Source: a virus
Strand: one strand, 5' to 3'
Length of the DNA stretch: 64,000 nt
UHGV virus genome: UHGV-0148165
Below are positions 62,025 through 64,000 of this stretch, piece by piece. Numbering within the stretch: position 1 is the stretch's first letter; each line of letters begins with the position of its first letter. The notes under the pieces were generated by a model that saw nothing but the letters and a program-made list of their open reading frames with translations, made no database searches and was not told the origin of the DNA. The position numbers and the translations under genes were made by a program.

Positions 62025-64000
62025 ATGGAACTTATTACAGAATTATTTGACGAAGATACTACTCTTCCGATTACAAACTTAAATCCAAAGAAGAAAATAC
62101 CGCAAATTTTTTCAGTTCATGTTGATGATGCAATTGAACAACCAGGCTTTCGTTTATGTACCTATACATCTGGAGGTGATACTAATCGCGATTTAAAGAT
62201 GGGCGATAAAATGATGCATATTGTTCCTTTTACATTAACTGCTAAAGGTTCAATTGCTAAATTAAAAGGTCTTGGTCCAAGCCCAATTAATTATATCAAT
62301 TCAGTTTTTACTGTTGCGATGCAAACAATGCGTCAGTATAAAATTGATGCCTGTATGCTTCGTATTCTTAAGTCTAAAACCGCTGGTCAAGCTCGACAAA
62401 TTCAAGTTATTGCTGATAGACTTATCCGTAGTCGTTCAGGTGGCAGATACGTCCTTCTTAAGGAACTCTGGGATTACGACAAAAAGTATGCATATATTCT
62501 TATACATCGCAAAAATGTATCATTAGAAGACATTCCAGGAGTTCCGGAAATTAGTACCGAGCTCTTTACTAAAGTTGAATCGAAAGTCGGCGATGTTTAT
62601 ATCAATAAAGATACTGGAGCTCAAGTAACTAAAAATGAGGCAATTGCAGCATCTATTGCGCAAGAAAATGATAAACGTTCTGACCAAGCTGTAATCGTTA
62701 AAGTTAAAATTTCCCGTAGAGCAATTGCACAAAGTCAGTCATTGGAATCTTCTAGATTTGAAAGTGAATTATTCCAGAAGTATGAATCTACCGCAGCTAA
62801 TTTCAATAAACCTGCTACCGCTCCTTTAATTCCCGAAGCAGAAGAAATGAAGCTTGGAATTAATTCATTAGCTTCTAAAACTAAGGCAGCAAAAATTATT
62901 GCCGAAGGAACTGCGAATGAACTTCACTATGACTATAAATTCTTTTCAAAAAGTGAGGTTGATGAAGTTTCCGAAAAAATTAAAGATGTAATTTTTAACG
63001 CGATAAAAAATGAGCCAACTACTTCAATAAAATGTTTAGAGAAATACGCAGCAGCTGTTAATAAATTCTTTGAAGAATATAAAGATAATTGGCTTGATAA
63101 ACATAATAAAACTCGTAAAGGGCAACCAGATGAAGTCTGGGGAGAAATAACTAAAAATGCCTGGAATGCAGCAAAAACTAAATTCCTCAAACGAATGATT
63201 TATAGCTTTTCTGGAATTGGTGCTGGTCCAATGATTGATATTACCATTGCACGTGATGGTTCTAAATATACTCCATCACAAAAGCGTGGCATTAGAGAAT
63301 ATTGCGGCTCAGGATATACAGACATTAATAATCTTCTTTTAGGTCGTTACAATCCAGAACGATATGATGTAATGAGTGAAAAAGAAATTGAATCTGCTAT
63401 AAATAATTTAGATTCAGCCTTTGAAAATGGTGACCGCATACCGGAAGGCATTACAGTTTATCGTGCTCAAAGTATGACTGCTCCTATATACGAAGCGCTA
63501 GTTAAAAATAAAGTGTTCTATTTCAGAAATTTTGTATCTACTTCTTTAACTCCTATCATTTTTGGGCGTTTTGGAATTACACATGCTGGTATTGGTCTTT
63601 TAGAACCAGAAGCTCGTAATGAATTAACAGTTGATAAAAATGAAGAAGGAATAACTATTAATCCAAACGAAATAAGAGCGTATAAAGAAAATCCTGAATA
63701 CGTTAAAGTTCAAATAGGATGGGCAATTGACGGCGCGCATAAAGTTAATGTTGTATATCCAGGAAGTCTCGGAATAGCAACAGAAGCTGAAGTTATTCTA
63801 CCGCGCGGATTGATGGTCAAAGTTAATAAAATAACTGATGCTTCTAATAATGACGGAACAACATCTAATAATACAAAACTCATTCAAGCTGAAGTTATGA
63901 CCACAGAAGAACTCACCGAATCAGTAATCTATGACGGAGACCATTTAATGGAAACCGGCGAAGTAGTTACAATGACAGGTGATATTGAAATAGAAGACAA
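62025..64000 (+). CDS. alt: ADP-ribosyltransferase Alt (5' portion; runs off the window end)
   Basis: Own translation MELITELFDEDTTLPITNL... has no stop to 64000 (absent from the ORF track for that reason); ART signature R (YRAQSM), S-T-S (VSTSLT), E-x-E (EAEVILP); AGAGAGG SD. Confidence 0.8.
   Translation, partial: MELITELFDEDTTLPITNLNPKKKIPQIFSVHVDDAIEQPGFRLCTYTSGGDTNRDLKMGDKMMHIVPFTLTAKGSIAKLKGLGPSPINYINSVFTVAMQTMRQYKIDACMLRILKSKTAGQARQIQVIADRLIRSRSGGRYVLLKELWDYDKKYAYILIHRKNVSLEDIPGVPEISTELFTKVESKVGDVYINKDTGAQVTKNEAIAASIAQENDKRSDQAVIVKVKISRRAIAQSQSLESSRFESELFQKYESTAANFNKPATAPLIPEAEEMKLGINSLASKTKAAKIIAEGTANELHYDYKFFSKSEVDEVSEKIKDVIFNAIKNEPTTSIKCLEKYAAAVNKFFEEYKDNWLDKHNKTRKGQPDEVWGEITKNAWNAAKTKFLKRMIYSFSGIGAGPMIDITIARDGSKYTPSQKRGIREYCGSGYTDINNLLLGRYNPERYDVMSEKEIESAINNLDSAFENGDRIPEGITVYRAQSMTAPIYEALVKNKVFYFRNFVSTSLTPIIFGRFGITHAGIGLLEPEARNELTVDKNEEGITINPNEIRAYKENPEYVKVQIGWAIDGAHKVNVVYPGSLGIATEAEVILPRGLMVKVNKITDASNNDGTTSNNTKLIQAEVMTTEELTESVIYDGDHLMETGEVVTMTGDIEIED

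Overview
This window reads as a contiguous segment of a T-even (T4-like, Tequatrovirus-type) myovirus genome, collinear with the T4 map from gene 61 (primase) to alt but in reverse orientation, so early and middle genes are on the + strand and the late long-tail-fibre operon (34-35-36-37-38) plus holin t are on the - strand. All calls rest on reading the supplied ORF translations and the nucleotide sequence, plus remembered T4 protein lengths, motifs and gene order; no database search was run. Recognised content: primase 61, Dam, dCTPase 56, Soc, ModA/ModB, Dda, DexA, topoisomerase II subunits 39 and 52, rIIA/rIIB, DenB, Ndd, Stp, MotA, AsiA, holin T, tail fibre proteins gp34-gp38, RNase H, DsbA, gp33, gp59, gp32, Frd, Td (with a group I intron carrying I-TevI), NrdA, NrdB (with a group I intron carrying a full-length HNH endonuclease), DenA, RNA ligase 1, Alc, a spanin pair, polynucleotide kinase, dCMP deaminase, gp31, rIII, DNA ligase and the 5' part of Alt. 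No tRNA, rRNA or CRISPR array was seen. Start codons were re-derived because the ORF track also opens ORFs at TTG/GTG. Many T4-type early promoters (GTTTAC, about 18 bp, TAnTAT), several TATAAATA late promoters and UUCG-tetraloop terminators are visible. Features that differ from my memory of reference T4 and deserve follow-up: a compact 61-dam cassette with a PD-(D/E)XK-like ORF coupled to dam and a convergent membrane ORF; an unsplit gene 39 with no gene 60 or mobA; a small basic ORF between frd and td; a T2-type gp38 adhesin with a gp37 C-terminal chaperone-like domain; an intact I-TevIII-like endonuclease; a NADAR/YbiA-like ORF next to a HAD-like ORF; and several clusters of small membrane peptides.
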